Source: an uncultured delta proteobacterium
GTDB lineage: Bacteria > Myxococcota_A > Polyangia > Polyangiales > B10-G4
Direction of reading: 5' to 3'
Assembly (NCBI GenBank): GCA_963727445.1
Contig: CAVSGI010000002.1
Coordinates: forward strand, 147,494-211,493
DNA length: 64,000 bases
The notes under the pieces are model-generated. The model was not told the DNA's origin, did no database searches, and saw only the letters and a list, made by a program, of their open reading frames with translations. Numbering within the stretch: the stretch's first letter is position 1; each line of letters starts with the position of its first letter. The position numbers and the translations under genes are program-made. Positions 39,778 through 53,549 of the stretch are shown here, piece by piece.

Positions 39778-41122
39778 TTAGGGGGGCGCTGCGTCGGGCT
39801 CCGATGCCGAATCCACCAGCTCGCCGAGGGTGGTCTGGCCGGCGAGCTTGCGCTGCGCTTCGCGGAGCTCCTTGATCAACGGCACCAGCTTGGGCGGGGT
39901 GTCCGCCGCGAGGCTGAAGCCCACCTCGAGGACGTTCTCGAGGCGGATCCGTTCGAATCGGTTGGCTCGGCGTCACGTAGCCCTCCTGGCGGCTCAGCCA
40001 GTGCAGCAGGCCCGCGTCCACCAGGGCGTCGAGCATGTAGCGGACGGTCCTTTCCTCGATGCGCAGCTCGTCGGCGACGTCGCGGGCGGAGGTCTTTTCG
40101 CCGTCGCCGAAGCGCGCCGCCACAATCTGCATCACGGCCACCAGGGTGCCGGGATCGGTGATCAGGTGCGCAGCCTCGATCAGATCCTCGTCGTCTCCGA
40201 TCTTGTCCCCGCTGAACTTCTGGAGCGCCGCGGCGATCTCGGTCCCGAAGAGGACGATCAGCCACATGACGTAGAGCCAGAACATGAAGAGGGGGATCAG
40301 ACCCAAGCTGCCGTAGAGGTGCCTCACGCTGAAGGCGTTGCCCATGTAGGTCGTGAGGAAGGCCTTTCCACCGGTCAGCGCGAGCGCGGCGAAGAGAGCA
40401 CCGATGGCCGCGGGTCGGAAACGAACGTGGGTGTTGGGAAGCCATCGATAGGCGGTGAAGAGAACGCCCCAGGTTCCGATGAAAGCCGAGATGGGTCCGA
40501 CGATGCTGAGCACGCGCCAGAAGCCCGTGAGCGACTCGACGAAAGCCGAGATCTGATTGTCGATGTAGATCGTTCCGAGCACCGCCACCGGCGCCAGCGT
40601 GAGGAGCGTCCAGTAGATGGGGAAGCGGCGCGACCACTTCCGCCCGCCGGGCGCGCGGAAGATGGTGTTGGTGCTGTTCTCGATGGTCACCATCAAGCTG
40701 ATGGCGGAGTAGATCAGGATGGCGACGCCGACCCAGGTGATGGCGGTCAGATCGATGCGCTCGGCTTCGTCGTAGAGCTGGAGGATCCACGCGCTCAGGG
40801 TCTGGGTCTTCGAGGCGACCTCGGTGCCCTGCTCGGTGGCGAGGCGGATGTCGCTCAACCCGTAGGAGGCAAGATACTCCTCGAAGCAATCCCGGAAGCG
40901 GGCCACGCCTCCGACCGCGCGCACCACCATCGTGCCGACCACCAGGACCGGTAGAAGACTGAACAAGGTCCGGTAGGCGAGTGCGGCCGCCATCTGGGTG
41001 GCGCTGTCCCGCCGGAGGCGCCGGGCGCCGTAGGTGCCGAGATCGTAGGCGAATCGTGCGCGGCTCTCCCAGCGGCCGAGCTCGCTCCGTGGAGACTCGA
41101 TGGCGTTCTTGAGCCAGCTCAT
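39778..41122 (-). CDS. YihY/BrkB family membrane protein with C-terminal Rrf2-like HTH (apparent frameshift near 39957)
   Basis: [50 protein letters not shown]; shifted end [11 protein letters not shown]...AAPP. Confidence 0.87.
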
Positions 41123-41190
41123 CGCGCCAGAAAGGAGCTGCCTCAGGCTACGTGGCTCGCGGTCCTTCATGCGGTATATGCTCGCCTGCC

Positions 41191-42402
41191 ATGACTCAAA
41201 AGCCCAAGAAGATCGTGCTCGCCTACAGCGGAGGCCTGGATACCTCCGTGATTCTCACGTGGCTCAAGGAGACCACCGGCGCCGAGGTCGTCGCGTTCTG
41301 CGCCGACGTCGGCCAGGGAGGGGACGAGCTCGAGGGTCTCGACGAAAAGGCGCGGGCGACCGGCGCCATCAAGTGCGTCATCGCCGACATCCGTGAGGAG
41401 TTCGTCCGCGACTTCTGCTTCCCGATGCTCCGCGCGAACGCCGTGTACGAAGGGGAGTATCTCCTCGGTACGAGCATCGCCCGTCCGGTGATCGCCAAGG
41501 CGATGATGGACGTGGCAGAGGCGGAGGGCGCCGACGCCATCGCGCACGGCGCGACCGGCAAGGGCAACGACCAGGTTCGCTTCGAGCTCACGGCGATGGC
41601 CATCAATCCCCGCATTCGGGTCATCGCGCCCTGGCGCGAATGGGACCTGCGCTCCCGCACCGACTGCATCGAGTACGCGAAGAAGCACGGCATTTCCGTG
41701 CCGGTCACGGCGGAGAAGCCGTACTCGATGGACGCGAACCTCTTCCACATCAGCTACGAGGGTGGCGTCCTCGAGGACCCGTGGAACGAGCCCGACCCGC
41801 AGATGTTCCGCTGGACCACCAGCCCCGAGAAGGCCCCCGATGCGCCTCAGTACGTCACCATCCGCTACGACCAGGGCGACCCCGTCGCCGTCGACGGCAA
41901 GGAGATGAGCCCTGCCGAGCTCCTCGCGCACCTGAACCAGATCGGCGGCAAGCACGGCGTCGGCCGCGTCGACGTCGTCGAAAACCGCTTCGTCGGCATG
42001 AAGAGTCGCGGCGTTTACGAAACCCCCGGCGGGACCATCCTTCAGAAAGCCCACCGCGCCATGGAGTCGATCACGATGGACCGCGAGGTGATGCGCATCC
42101 GAGACTCCCTGATCCCCGAGTACGCCTCTCTCGTCTATCGCGGCTTCTGGTTCGCTCCCGAGCGCGAGATGCTCCAGACCCTCGTCGACGACTCTCAGAA
42201 GAACGTCACCGGCGAGGTCCGCATCAAGCTCTACAAGGGCGCTGCCTATGTCGCCGGCCGCCGCAGCGACCAGTCCCTCTACGACCCAGCCATGGCCACC
42301 TTCGAAGAGGACGACGTCTACCAGCAGTCCGACGCCACCGGCTTCATTCGGCTCAACGCCCTGCGCTTGCGGATCCGCGCGAGGTTGAGCGGCAAGGGCT
42401 GA
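41191..42402 (+). CDS. argG: Argininosuccinate synthase
   Basis: [43 protein letters not shown]. Confidence 0.98.
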   Translation: MTQKPKKIVLAYSGGLDTSVILTWLKETTGAEVVAFCADVGQGGDELEGLDEKARATGAIKCVIADIREEFVRDFCFPMLRANAVYEGEYLLGTSIARPVIAKAMMDVAEAEGADAIAHGATGKGNDQVRFELTAMAINPRIRVIAPWREWDLRSRTDCIEYAKKHGISVPVTAEKPYSMDANLFHISYEGGVLEDPWNEPDPQMFRWTTSPEKAPDAPQYVTIRYDQGDPVAVDGKEMSPAELLAHLNQIGGKHGVGRVDVVENRFVGMKSRGVYETPGGTILQKAHRAMESITMDREVMRIRDSLIPEYASLVYRGFWFAPEREMLQTLVDDSQKNVTGEVRIKLYKGAAYVAGRRSDQSLYDPAMATFEEDDVYQQSDATGFIRLNALRLRIRARLSGKG

Positions 42403-42441
42403 GGGGGCGCTCTCGCCTCGCGCTCTCGCTGGTCTCGCGCC

Positions 42442-45400
42442 TTACCCCGAAAACCCCGGGCTCAGCACTCGGGCCCAGGCGTCGGCGTCGACGATGCGTT
42501 GGGCTTCCATCGCTTCGCGAGCGCGAGCGGCTTCGTCGCGGTCGCCGGTGGATTGACCGAGCTGGGCGCGGCGGAGGCTGGCGACCTCCGCGTGCAGGCC
42601 CATGTGGGCGGCGCGGGCGACTTGTTCGGCTTCTCGCAAGCGCGGGAAGGCCTCGGCGCGCTGGTCCATGAGGGCGTGGGCGCCGGCTTCGATGAGCGCG
42701 GCGAGAGCATCGGCCCAGGGGTTCTTCTCCTTGCGGAGCTTCTTCGCAGCCTTCTGCGCGCCCGCCAGGTGTGAGCTGCGCTCGTTCGCTTGCGCGCGCG
42801 CGACCGCCAGCTCGGCACGCCCGCGCAGATCCCAGATGCTGACCCGGTAGAGCTGGAGCGTCAGCAGCAGCGAACGCTTGATGTCGGCCCAGGCGGCGTC
42901 CAGGCGGGCGAGCGCCTGCTCCGGCTCGCCGTCGTAGAGGTCGGCCTCGCAGGTCGCGTACAGATGCCAGAACTGAAGGAGCGTGTAGCTGCCCTTGCTC
43001 CACCTCTCGAGGGCGCCGTCGAGCTCGGCGCGCGCGCCCGCCGAGTCGCCCTGCGCGAGGTGCGCGAGCGCCTTGAACTTGATCCGCAGGTACATCTCGA
43101 GGAAGAGGTCACCGCGCGACTCGGCGTCGTCGAGCACGTCGTAGATGCGGTCGAAGAGCTCCGCCCAGTCGCCCAATCGGTACAAGGAGTCGAACATCAC
43201 GATGTTGATGGTCGCGAGCTGCCAGGCCGCTCCGGTGCACTCGCGGCGGATCTGTTCGTCCGCCTTCTTCTGCCAGCTCGCCGCCTCGCGCCATCGGCCT
43301 TCGAGCCAGGCGGCGCCTCCGTGACACGACACGGTGAGCGCTTTGACGAAAGGATCGTCCACCTCGGCCGCGAGGGACGTCGCCAGGGACTCGAGGTGCG
43401 CGGTGCGCTTGCGGTTCTTCGGGCCCGCGGTCGCCGAAAAGGGGATCTCGACCGCAACCGCCTTCGCGATCCGCTCCTTGTCACCGGCGTTCAGCGCCAT
43501 CACCAGGTGATGCGCCTGGAAGCTCCCCGCGCGGACGGGCTCGATCATCGACAGACCGATGGACACCGACCAGGCGACGTCGATCTTGAGCAGCACGTCG
43601 GGATCGAGCTCGGCGGCGCTGCGCTCGCGGTAGTCGAGCCCTCGGAGCTGAGCCTGAGCGCGCCGGCCGGCGAATGAGGCGAAAGCGAGGGCCGGGCTTC
43701 GCGGCATCCGCAGACCCACCGCGGACAGGACCTCTGTCAGCACCGACTTCCCCTCGTCGAGGCGACCACTGAAGAGGAGCTGCTCCGCCGCCTGATGCCG
43801 CAAGAGAAGAGCGTCCCGCGGGTCCGACTCGCCGACGAGGTCCGCCGCGTCGAGGTAGGCGTGGGCGGCCGATGCGCCGAGGCCTGCATGCCGGAACGCG
43901 TCTGCCATCGCCACCGTCAGGCGGGCTCGTTCGTCGGGGCGCGCGAGCTCGAAGTCGAGCGCCATGCGATAGAGGCGCGCCGCGCGCGCGAAAGCCAGGG
44001 AGGCGACGGCCCGATCGCCCGCGCGGACGGCGAAGGAGAACGCACGGTCCGTCTCGCCCGCCGCGCCATAGTGGATCGCCATGGCCTCGAAATCGTCCGA
44101 GTCGAGCGCCCTGAGCGCGTCGGCGTACGAGCGGTGGTAGTCGCGGAGCTCGTCGTCAGCGAGCGTCTCCACGACCGTCTCGCGGATGCGGTCGTGGTAG
44201 CACTCGAATCTCTTCGCTCGACCCCGTCCCGCGCGAGCGCAGGAGCCGCGCCGAGCGGAGGCTCCCGACAATCGTCGGTGACAGGGCATCGATCACCAGC
44301 GCGCGACGGATGACGTCGGGCCCGAGGGGCCGGTGGCTCACCGACACGAGCTCGAGGAGGCGTCGCGCCTCCTCGGGGAGGGTCCCGACCGTGGCGCGGA
44401 TCACGTCGGCGAGGCGCGTGGGCGCGGGAGGCGGTCCCTCGCCGCCGGGGTCCTCGACCCGTGCGAGCAGGTTCGCATGCCGGGTCAGGACGTCGATGAA
44501 GAGGGGATTGCCCGCGGACTCGCGCGCGATCTCCTCCGCCCATTCCCCGTGCCCCTCGTCGTCGAGCAAGAGCCCCGCGAGCTCGCGCGCTCGCTCCGGC
44601 TCCAGCTCCTCGACCATCAAGCGCTTCATCACGAGCTCGCCCTCCGCTGTCTCGAGCTCGGCCAGAAAGGCGCTCTTCTTCGCGTCCTCGCGCCTGAAGG
44701 CGCCGAGCAGGAAGAGGTTCGGCGCATCGGTGCCCGTCAGGATGCGGCGGAGCACCGCGGCGGAAGCAGCGTCGCCCCACTGGAGGTCGTCGATGAACAC
44801 CACCAGAGGATGCCGATCCGCGATCTTGCCCAGCAGCTCGCGAAGCCCGTGGAACGCGCGACGCTGCCGCTCCTGCACGTCGGGAATGCCCGCGACCTGC
44901 ATGGCCGCGTCGGCAAACGCAGGAACCCGACGCAACACCGGAAAGAGCTGCACCAAATCGACGACGTGGCGAGGAATGAGAGCGAAGGCCGCCTCGTCAC
45001 TCAGGTTGAGGAGGTAGCGGGCCAAACTGTCCACCACGCCGTCCAGCGCCTTGAAGGGCAACGACTCCTGCGCATAGCAGCGGCCGTCGAGAACGACCGC
45101 CGTGCGCCGCCGGCCCGCGATCGAACGAACGAAATGCCGGATCAGCGCCGACTTCCCCACCCCGCTGATCCCTTCCACGAGCACCGTCACGGGATGCCCG
45201 CCCCGAGACTCTTCGAAGGCGCGTCGCAGTTGCGCCAGCTCCTCTTCGCGGCCGAGGAGCTTCGAATCGGCCCGGATGCCGAGCGCAGGGAGCGAGGTCC
45301 GATCGCCGCCCAGAAGCTCCCGTACCCGCTCGATGCCTGCACGCATCCGGGGGCTTCGCTCGAGCAGCGCGAGGCAGAGCTGGTCGAGATCCTCCGGGAC

Positions 45401-46210
45401 CGAGACGTCGGTGCGGAGCGCCGGCGCGTCTTTGGTCTGTTTCGAGTGAAGCACCTCGAGGGTCGTGCCTTCGAAGGGAAAGCCGCCGGTGAGCGTGCGA
45501 TAGAGCATGACCCCCATCGCATACCAATCCGCTGCCTGGTCGACCGGAGCCCCGGCGCACTGCTCGGGCGCCATGTAGAGAGGGGTCCCCACGATGGCGC
45601 CCGCCACGGTCTCGAGACCGCTGGCCGGCGCGCCCACGTCTCCGACCAGACCGAAATCCAGGAGCACCACACGGTCGTCGGGAGTGACCATCACGTTGCT
45701 GCACTTGAGGTCGCGGTGCAGGCACCCCGCCGCGTGGAGCGCGTTCACGCCTTCGGCGAGCTGGCGAAAGACCTCGCGTACCTGCGCAAAGTCCACGGAA
45801 GGAGGCGCATCGGAGGGAAGCGAGGTCGTGTCGGCGCGGGTCGTGGTGCGGGAGACCTCCTGCTCGAGCGCGAGCGGTGACACCACGCCGTCGGCATGAA
45901 GCGCGAAGGGCATGGGCCGCCCCTCGATGAGCTCCATGGTGAAGAACCACTCGTCCTCGTAGGTCTCGAGGTCGTAGAGCCCGACGAGATTCGGGTGGCT
46001 GATGTCGGCGAGGCTTCGGAACTCCCGCTTGAAGCGGTAGAGCGCGTCGGGTGTGATCGCGTTCAGGTACTTCAGTGCGACTGCGACCTCGCGCTCCAGG
46101 TCCCGCACCTCGTAGACGACGCCAAAGCCTCCCGCGCCCAGGCGTCGGACGACCTCGTACCGCGGCGGTAGCCGATCACTCGCGTTCTCTTTCGGCAGCT
46201 GGGCGGACAC
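42442..46210 (-). CDS. Ser/Thr kinase + AAA/STAND ATPase + TPR-like protein (apparent frameshift near 44210)
   Basis: LGAGGFG, VALK, HRDLKCSN, DFG, GTPLYMAPE; GISGVGKS, IDDLQWGD, GNPLF; HDRIRE in next frame. Confidence 0.9.
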
Positions 46211-46289
46211 GTTGACAGCTCGAGCGGGGCCGCCGAGACTCGGCGCGCCGCGGGTCGCCGATGTTACACCCGGGGCCAGGAGGGGAGAA

Positions 46290-48305
46290 ATGCAGGTCCC
46301 GCGCTCCATGATGCGAGCGCAGCGAAGCGAGGTGAGCGGGCTCTCCCTGAACGTGCTTCAGGGAACCATCCCCGCCGATATCCACGGGCACGTCTTCTTC
46401 ATCGCGCCCGTGGGAACGGTCGAGCACCCCGGGCTGCCGAACCCCAGCGGAAACACCCTGTTGAACGGGGACGGAATGATCTGCCGCCTCGACCTCTCGG
46501 CCAGCGCCATCGCGCTCACGATGCGCCTCGCCCAGACGGCCGATCTGGTGGCGGATCAGGCGACGGCGGCGCGCCCGCCGGGAGATCCCTTGCGCTTTTT
46601 CTCGACCGGAATCGCGCGGCTGGCGACCGAGCTCGGCGCGCGCAACTTCGCGAACACCGCCTTCGTGCCCATGGACGACGGCGGCTCGGTCCCCCGCCTC
46701 CTGCTCTGTTACGACGCAGGACGTCCGGTCGAGATCGATCCCCAGACCCTCGACGTCGTCACCCCTGTGGGGGGACGAGCGAGCTGGCAGGCCGACACCC
46801 TCGAGGACTTTCCCTTTCCCCTGGTGCTCTCACCCGCCCATCCCGTCTACGACCCGACGACGGGACAGCTCTTCACCGCGAACTACGGCCGCTCGGCGAC
46901 GAGCATGTTCGCGACGGGGCCGCTCAGCCGCTGGGCGCGTGCCCTGCCGGTCGGCGATACGGCGGAGCGCGTGGCCGAGGTCCTGGGGATAGGGGTCCCG
47001 GCTCGGCGCTTCGCAAAGAAGGCGTTGCGCGCGCTCGGCGAAGCCGAGGATTGGCTGATGGACACCCTGGGAAGGGTGCCGAACGTCCCCGAGGACTTCA
47101 CCAACCTGATCCGTTGGGATGGCGCGGGAGCGCCGCAGCGGTTCCGCCTGATCCTGAACGCCCACCAGCGCGTGGAGATCCGGCAGTCGATCCATCAGGT
47201 CGCCGTGACCGAGCACTACGCGGTGATCCTCGACACGGCGTTCAAGATCGGGCTCGACCAGGGCTTCAACGACCCCGTGCCCTTCATCGACCTTCCCGAT
47301 CGCGCGATCCGGGCCTGCTCGACCGATCCCCAACCCGACACCACCATCTTCTACGTCGTGTCGCGCGCCGACCTCGACGCCACAGGCTTGCCGCTAGACC
47401 GGGACGGCGTCCCCATGATCCGCGCACGAAAGATCGAGATCCCGTTGGAGGCCGATCACTTCCTCGTGGACTACGACGACGCTGGCGGTCGCATCCGCTT
47501 ACACGTCGCCCACGCACCGGCGACCGACCTCTCGGAGTGGGTGCGCGAGTACGACGTCAAGGCGACCGACGGCGCCTCCATCGACCCCGCCATCCACGGA
47601 ATGATGGCGGTGGGGGCGATGGACCTGAACCGCTTCGGGCAGTACGTCATCGACGCCACCACCGGCGAAGTGGAAGAGAGCCAGGTGATCTGCGACGACG
47701 AGCTCACCTGGGCCATCGCGCTCTACGCCGGACGAGACGTCCTCACTCCGGCCCCACATCCGCAGAAGCTCGAGCATCTGTATTGGGTCACGGAAGGGAT
47801 GTTCGACGAGCTACTGACACTCTGGGTCTACAACCTCTACGACGACTACGCGCATCGCCTGGTGAATGCCGATCGCATTCTTCAAACCTGTCGATCCGGA
47901 GGACGACGGGCCGCCATCGTCCGCGTCGACTCGAACCCGTTCGCCATCGGTGATCACTTTCAGCTGCCTCCCTCCACCATGCTCGGCTCGATGCAGTTCG
48001 TACCCAAGGCGTCGGGCACTGGCGGGACCGATGGCTACCTGGTCTGCACCGTCTACACCGACGCGGAGAACCAACTGTGGATCCTCGACGCAGCCGACCT
48101 CGCCGCCGGCCCCGTTTGCAAGCTGAGCCACCCGCAGATGACCGTCGGCTTCTCCCTCCACACGGCGTGGCTTCCGACCGTCGGCCCTCGACAGTCGACC
48201 TATCGCGTCACCGCCGACGAGGACTTCCCGGTCTCGCTGCGTGACTCCTGGTCCGAGCGAGCGCGCCACCTCATCGACAGCGTCGTGATCCCCGCCAAGT
48301 ACTGA
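46290..48305 (+). CDS. Carotenoid oxygenase / RPE65-like dioxygenase
   Basis: NGDGM, NTAF, DAGRPVEIDP.TL, four candidate iron His (PAHP, SIHQ, DHF, SLHTAW), DGYL; SD-like aggagggg. Confidence 0.85.
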   Translation: MQVPRSMMRAQRSEVSGLSLNVLQGTIPADIHGHVFFIAPVGTVEHPGLPNPSGNTLLNGDGMICRLDLSASAIALTMRLAQTADLVADQATAARPPGDPLRFFSTGIARLATELGARNFANTAFVPMDDGGSVPRLLLCYDAGRPVEIDPQTLDVVTPVGGRASWQADTLEDFPFPLVLSPAHPVYDPTTGQLFTANYGRSATSMFATGPLSRWARALPVGDTAERVAEVLGIGVPARRFAKKALRALGEAEDWLMDTLGRVPNVPEDFTNLIRWDGAGAPQRFRLILNAHQRVEIRQSIHQVAVTEHYAVILDTAFKIGLDQGFNDPVPFIDLPDRAIRACSTDPQPDTTIFYVVSRADLDATGLPLDRDGVPMIRARKIEIPLEADHFLVDYDDAGGRIRLHVAHAPATDLSEWVREYDVKATDGASIDPAIHGMMAVGAMDLNRFGQYVIDATTGEVEESQVICDDELTWAIALYAGRDVLTPAPHPQKLEHLYWVTEGMFDELLTLWVYNLYDDYAHRLVNADRILQTCRSGGRRAAIVRVDSNPFAIGDHFQLPPSTMLGSMQFVPKASGTGGTDGYLVCTVYTDAENQLWILDAADLAAGPVCKLSHPQMTVGFSLHTAWLPTVGPRQSTYRVTADEDFPVSLRDSWSERARHLIDSVVIPAKY

Positions 48306-48311
48306 CGCCTT

Positions 48312-49046
48312 TCAGCTCAGCGTGATGGTCCCGGCGTCGAGGAGCTCGATGAGCGTCTTGAGCACCTCGAGCCGGGGCATGCCGCTGATGTCGACGAGCT
48401 CGTCCACGGTGTGCGCCCCGTCGATGCGCGAGAGCAGAAAGCCGGCGCGGTTGTCGATGCCGAGCCAGCGGATCTCGGAGCTGGGCACGGCGAGGCTCGG
48501 GATGCTGCCGAGGCTGGAGAGGCGCGCGGAATAGAGCTGGTCGAGGCGCTCCCGACACAGCTGCGCGTAGTGCAGGGCGTCCTCGTGGCCGGGGGTGCGC
48601 CCGAGGATGAGCTCGGCGGCGCGGAGGGCGCCGGTGAAGTCGTCGAGGGCGAAGCGCTCGGTCATCTCCGCCGCGAGATCCAGGTTCGGCTCCGAGGGGC
48701 GGCGCCGATTGACGAGGTCGAGCGCCCCGCCGCGCTTCGTGCTGCGCGCCTTGGGGGGTGCCTGCTCGGCTTCCTCTGCGCCGGAGGAGGCCCGATGGAC
48801 GCCGCTACCGCGGGCCACGCGATCCCGGCTCCACGCGTCGTGCGAAGAATCGCCCGGCGCCGATGGCGCGGCAGACGATGGTCGCTCCGGCTCTTCCGGC
48901 GGTGGAGGCAGCGGCGTGCCCTCCCCCGGCTTCGCGAGGGGGGGGCCTTTGAATGCCAGCGTGATCCGCTTGTTGTCGGTCAGCCGGCGCTTGCGAGGGA
49001 GGTGTTGGGAAGGCTCGCCCTTCTTCGAGTCGTCGTCCTCCGACAC
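48312..49046 (-). CDS. Hypothetical protein with C-terminal winged-helix-like domain
   Basis: Disordered N-terminus; AGFLLSRIDG..TVDELVDISGM. Confidence 0.75.
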   Translation of the reverse strand: MSEDDDSKKGEPSQHLPRKRRLTDNKRITLAFKGPPLAKPGEGTPLPPPPEEPERPSSAAPSAPGDSSHDAWSRDRVARGSGVHRASSGAEEAEQAPPKARSTKRGGALDLVNRRRPSEPNLDLAAEMTERFALDDFTGALRAAELILGRTPGHEDALHYAQLCRERLDQLYSARLSSLGSIPSLAVPSSEIRWLGIDNRAGFLLSRIDGAHTVDELVDISGMPRLEVLKTLIELLDAGTITLS

Positions 49047-49054
49047 CCCGCCCG

Positions 49055-50882
<1,828 letters not shown>

Positions 50883-50945
50883 CCGGTCTCTTCCTGTGGG
50901 CCTGTGGGGTGGGCGCGAGGGGGCATTGGCAGGTGCAGCGCGAAG

Positions 50946-52583
50946 CTACTTCTTCAGCTCGCGCAGCAGATTTTCGACCATAACGTCTTTGGGATCCAGC
51001 GCGGAAGCCATTTGGAGGGCCCGCCGGGCGCTGTCGCTCATCCCGGCTGCATGGAAAACCAGGCCCAGGGTCTTCTGAGCGTTGAAATCCTCGGGATCCA
51101 GGTCGACGGCGCGCTGGGCGTAGGCGCGGGCCTGCTTGAGATCCCCCGATGCTTTGAGAATGCAGCTGGCAGCGCGCCAGTGAGGGAAAACGTCCTCCGG
51201 GCGGCCCTCGGCGACCTTGGCCCAGCTGAGGGCGGCGTCCGCCCACTTGTCGTTCTCCTCCTCGTATTTGGCCTGCGTGACGTAGTCGGCCGCCATCTCC
51301 TGCGCGAGCTGGAAGGCGAGGCGGTCGTAGTGCTCCGCGACGTCGGGGCGGTCCGGAGCCAGGGCCAGCGCGAGGCGGAGCGAGTTGGTGGCCGCCATTA
51401 CATCTCCGGCTTCCTCGTGGGCTTTGGCCTGCTGCAGGTAACGCTGGGCGAGGTCGACACCGCCGGTGAAGGTCGCGGTGGCTTTGAGGGAGCTGGTGAG
51501 CCCCTTGAGGATGTCCTTCTTGGTCGGCGCCGGGCCCTTGGGCTTGGGAGGACGCTTGGCAGGTCGCGCGGGCTGACCGGGCACGCGGCGACCCGCCGCC
51601 GCTGCGAGCTTGCGCGCCATCAGCTGACGCCGGCGCGCCCGCGCCGCGTCGCTCTCGCGTCGCTCGAGCTCCGGCTCGGCGGCAGGCGGCTCCGGCTTGG
51701 GTGCAGCCTGAGGGGGCTTTGCCGGGGCCGCTTCGTTCGGTGCCGATGGGGCAGCGGCCGCGGCGTCTGGGCCCGCCGCACCGACCGACTCCGTCTCCAC
51801 AGGGGGCGGGGGCGGCGGGAAAGAGGATGGATTCGATCCGCCCCTCGGCCGCCTGCTTGGCTATCTCCTCGGCGGCCTTGAGGCCCTTCTTGAGCTCCTG
51901 CTCGCGGCGAAGGGTCTTGAGGCGCACCGCGATGTAGGTGTCGTACTCCTTGCGTCGCTTGTTCTTGCCGAGGACCTCGTAGGCCTCGGTGATGCGCTTG
52001 AAGATCGTCTCCATCTTCTTCTGGAAAGCGCCGAGGCGCTTCCCGTAGAGCGTGTCCGGATGGAAGGTCTTCGAGAGCCTGAAGTAGGCGCTGCGGATCT
52101 CCTTCTTGTCCGCATCCGGATCGACGTCGAGGAGCTCGTAGAAGGTGAGGTCCTCGAGACGATAGAACGTGTCGAGGATGAACTTGCGTCGCTCCAACCC
52201 CATGTCGACGTCCGGCTCTTCGAGCTCCGCAGGGTCGTAGAGCTCCCCAGGCGCGAGCTTCTTCTCGGGCTTCGGCGCCTCTGGCACCGGCGGTTCCACC
52301 GGCGGGCGCTTCGCTTTGCTCGCGCCGGCGGGCTTCGCGGGCTGCTTCGCCTCGTGTGAAATCGGGGATCCACCCACTCGATCGCTTCGTGCTTCTCGAG
52401 CTTCTCGACGAGCGAACGAACCCGGGCCGCGCCGAGGCCGGTGACCATCCCGATCTGACTCACCCGCGTCGCGCCGTCGATCTGAGAGAGGATGTACCCA
52501 TCCTCGGGCTCCAGCGGGAGCGCTTTGAAGTCAGCGTCCGCTTTGAGCTTCGGAACTTTGGATTCTTCCGAGGTATCCCCCAC
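50946..52583 (-). CDS. J-domain plus TPR protein (two apparent frameshifts near 52355 and 51810)
   Basis: FYELLDV...EIRSAY..LSKTFHPD...ITEAYEVL; C-terminal TPRs; N-terminal GYILSQIDG domain. Confidence 0.82.
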
Positions 52584-52623
52584 TCGTGGACCGGCAGGGC
52601 GAGACTATCACATGGCTACGCGG

Positions 52624-53532
52624 TCAAACCACGTGTTCGAGGAGCGCCTTCTGCGCGTGGAGACGGTTTTCGGCCTCCGCCCAGACCACGGACTGTGGCC
52701 CGTCGATCACCTCTGTGCTCACCTCTTCCCCGCGGTGCGCGGGAAGACAGTGGAGGAAGATGGCGCCCGACGCGGCCCGCCGCATCAACCCGGCGTCGAC
52801 GATGAAGCCCTCGAAGGCGCGCGCCCGGGCGGCGCTCTCTTCCTCCTGCCCCATACTCGCCCACACATCGGTGGTGACGACGTCGGCGCCGGCGACGGCT
52901 TCGGCCGGCTCGCGCACGACCTTCACCGGATGGCCCGCCGACGACGCCGCCTCGAGCGCAGGCGGATGGGGGTCGTATCCCTCGGGACAGGCGATGCGAA
53001 GCTCGATTCCGGTGAGGGCGGCGGCGAGGATCCAGGAGTTGGCCATGTTGTTGCCGTCCCCGACCCAGGCCACCTTCACCCCCTCGAGACGACCCAGCTT
53101 CTCCCGCACGGTCATCAGGTCGGCGAGGAGCTGACACGGGTGGTAGAGGTCGCTGAGGCCGTTGATCACCGGGATGGTGCTGGCGGCGGCGAGCGCCTCG
53201 ATCTTGTCGTGGCCGAAGGTGCGATAGACCACGCCGTGCACGTAGCCACTGAGCATCCGCGCCGTGTCCTCGAGCGGCTCGCCTCGCCCCATCTGGGTGT
53301 CCTTGGCGATCAGCGTGGTGGGCTGGGCGCCGAGCTCGGCGATCCCCACCTCGAAGGAGAGGCGCGTCCGCGTCGAGGCCTTCTCGAGAACGATGGCGAC
53401 CGTCTTTCCGGTGAGAGGCCGGGGATGGTCGGCCGTGCCGCGGAGCCGCTTGAGCTCGTCGGCGCGGTCGAGGAGCCCACGAAGCCCGTCCGCGTCGAGA
53501 TCGAGGAGAGTGCGAAAGTGCCGGACGTCCAT
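52624..53532 (-). CDS. argF: Ornithine carbamoyltransferase
   Basis: ASTRTR, HPCQ, GDGNNM, DVWASMG, FLHCLP. Confidence 0.97.
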   Translation of the reverse strand: MDVRHFRTLLDLDADGLRGLLDRADELKRLRGTADHPRPLTGKTVAIVLEKASTRTRLSFEVGIAELGAQPTTLIAKDTQMGRGEPLEDTARMLSGYVHGVVYRTFGHDKIEALAAASTIPVINGLSDLYHPCQLLADLMTVREKLGRLEGVKVAWVGDGNNMANSWILAAALTGIELRIACPEGYDPHPPALEAASSAGHPVKVVREPAEAVAGADVVTTDVWASMGQEEESAARARAFEGFIVDAGLMRRAASGAIFLHCLPAHRGEEVSTEVIDGPQSVVWAEAENRLHAQKALLEHVV

Positions 53533-53549
53533 CGAATCGCTTCCCGGGG

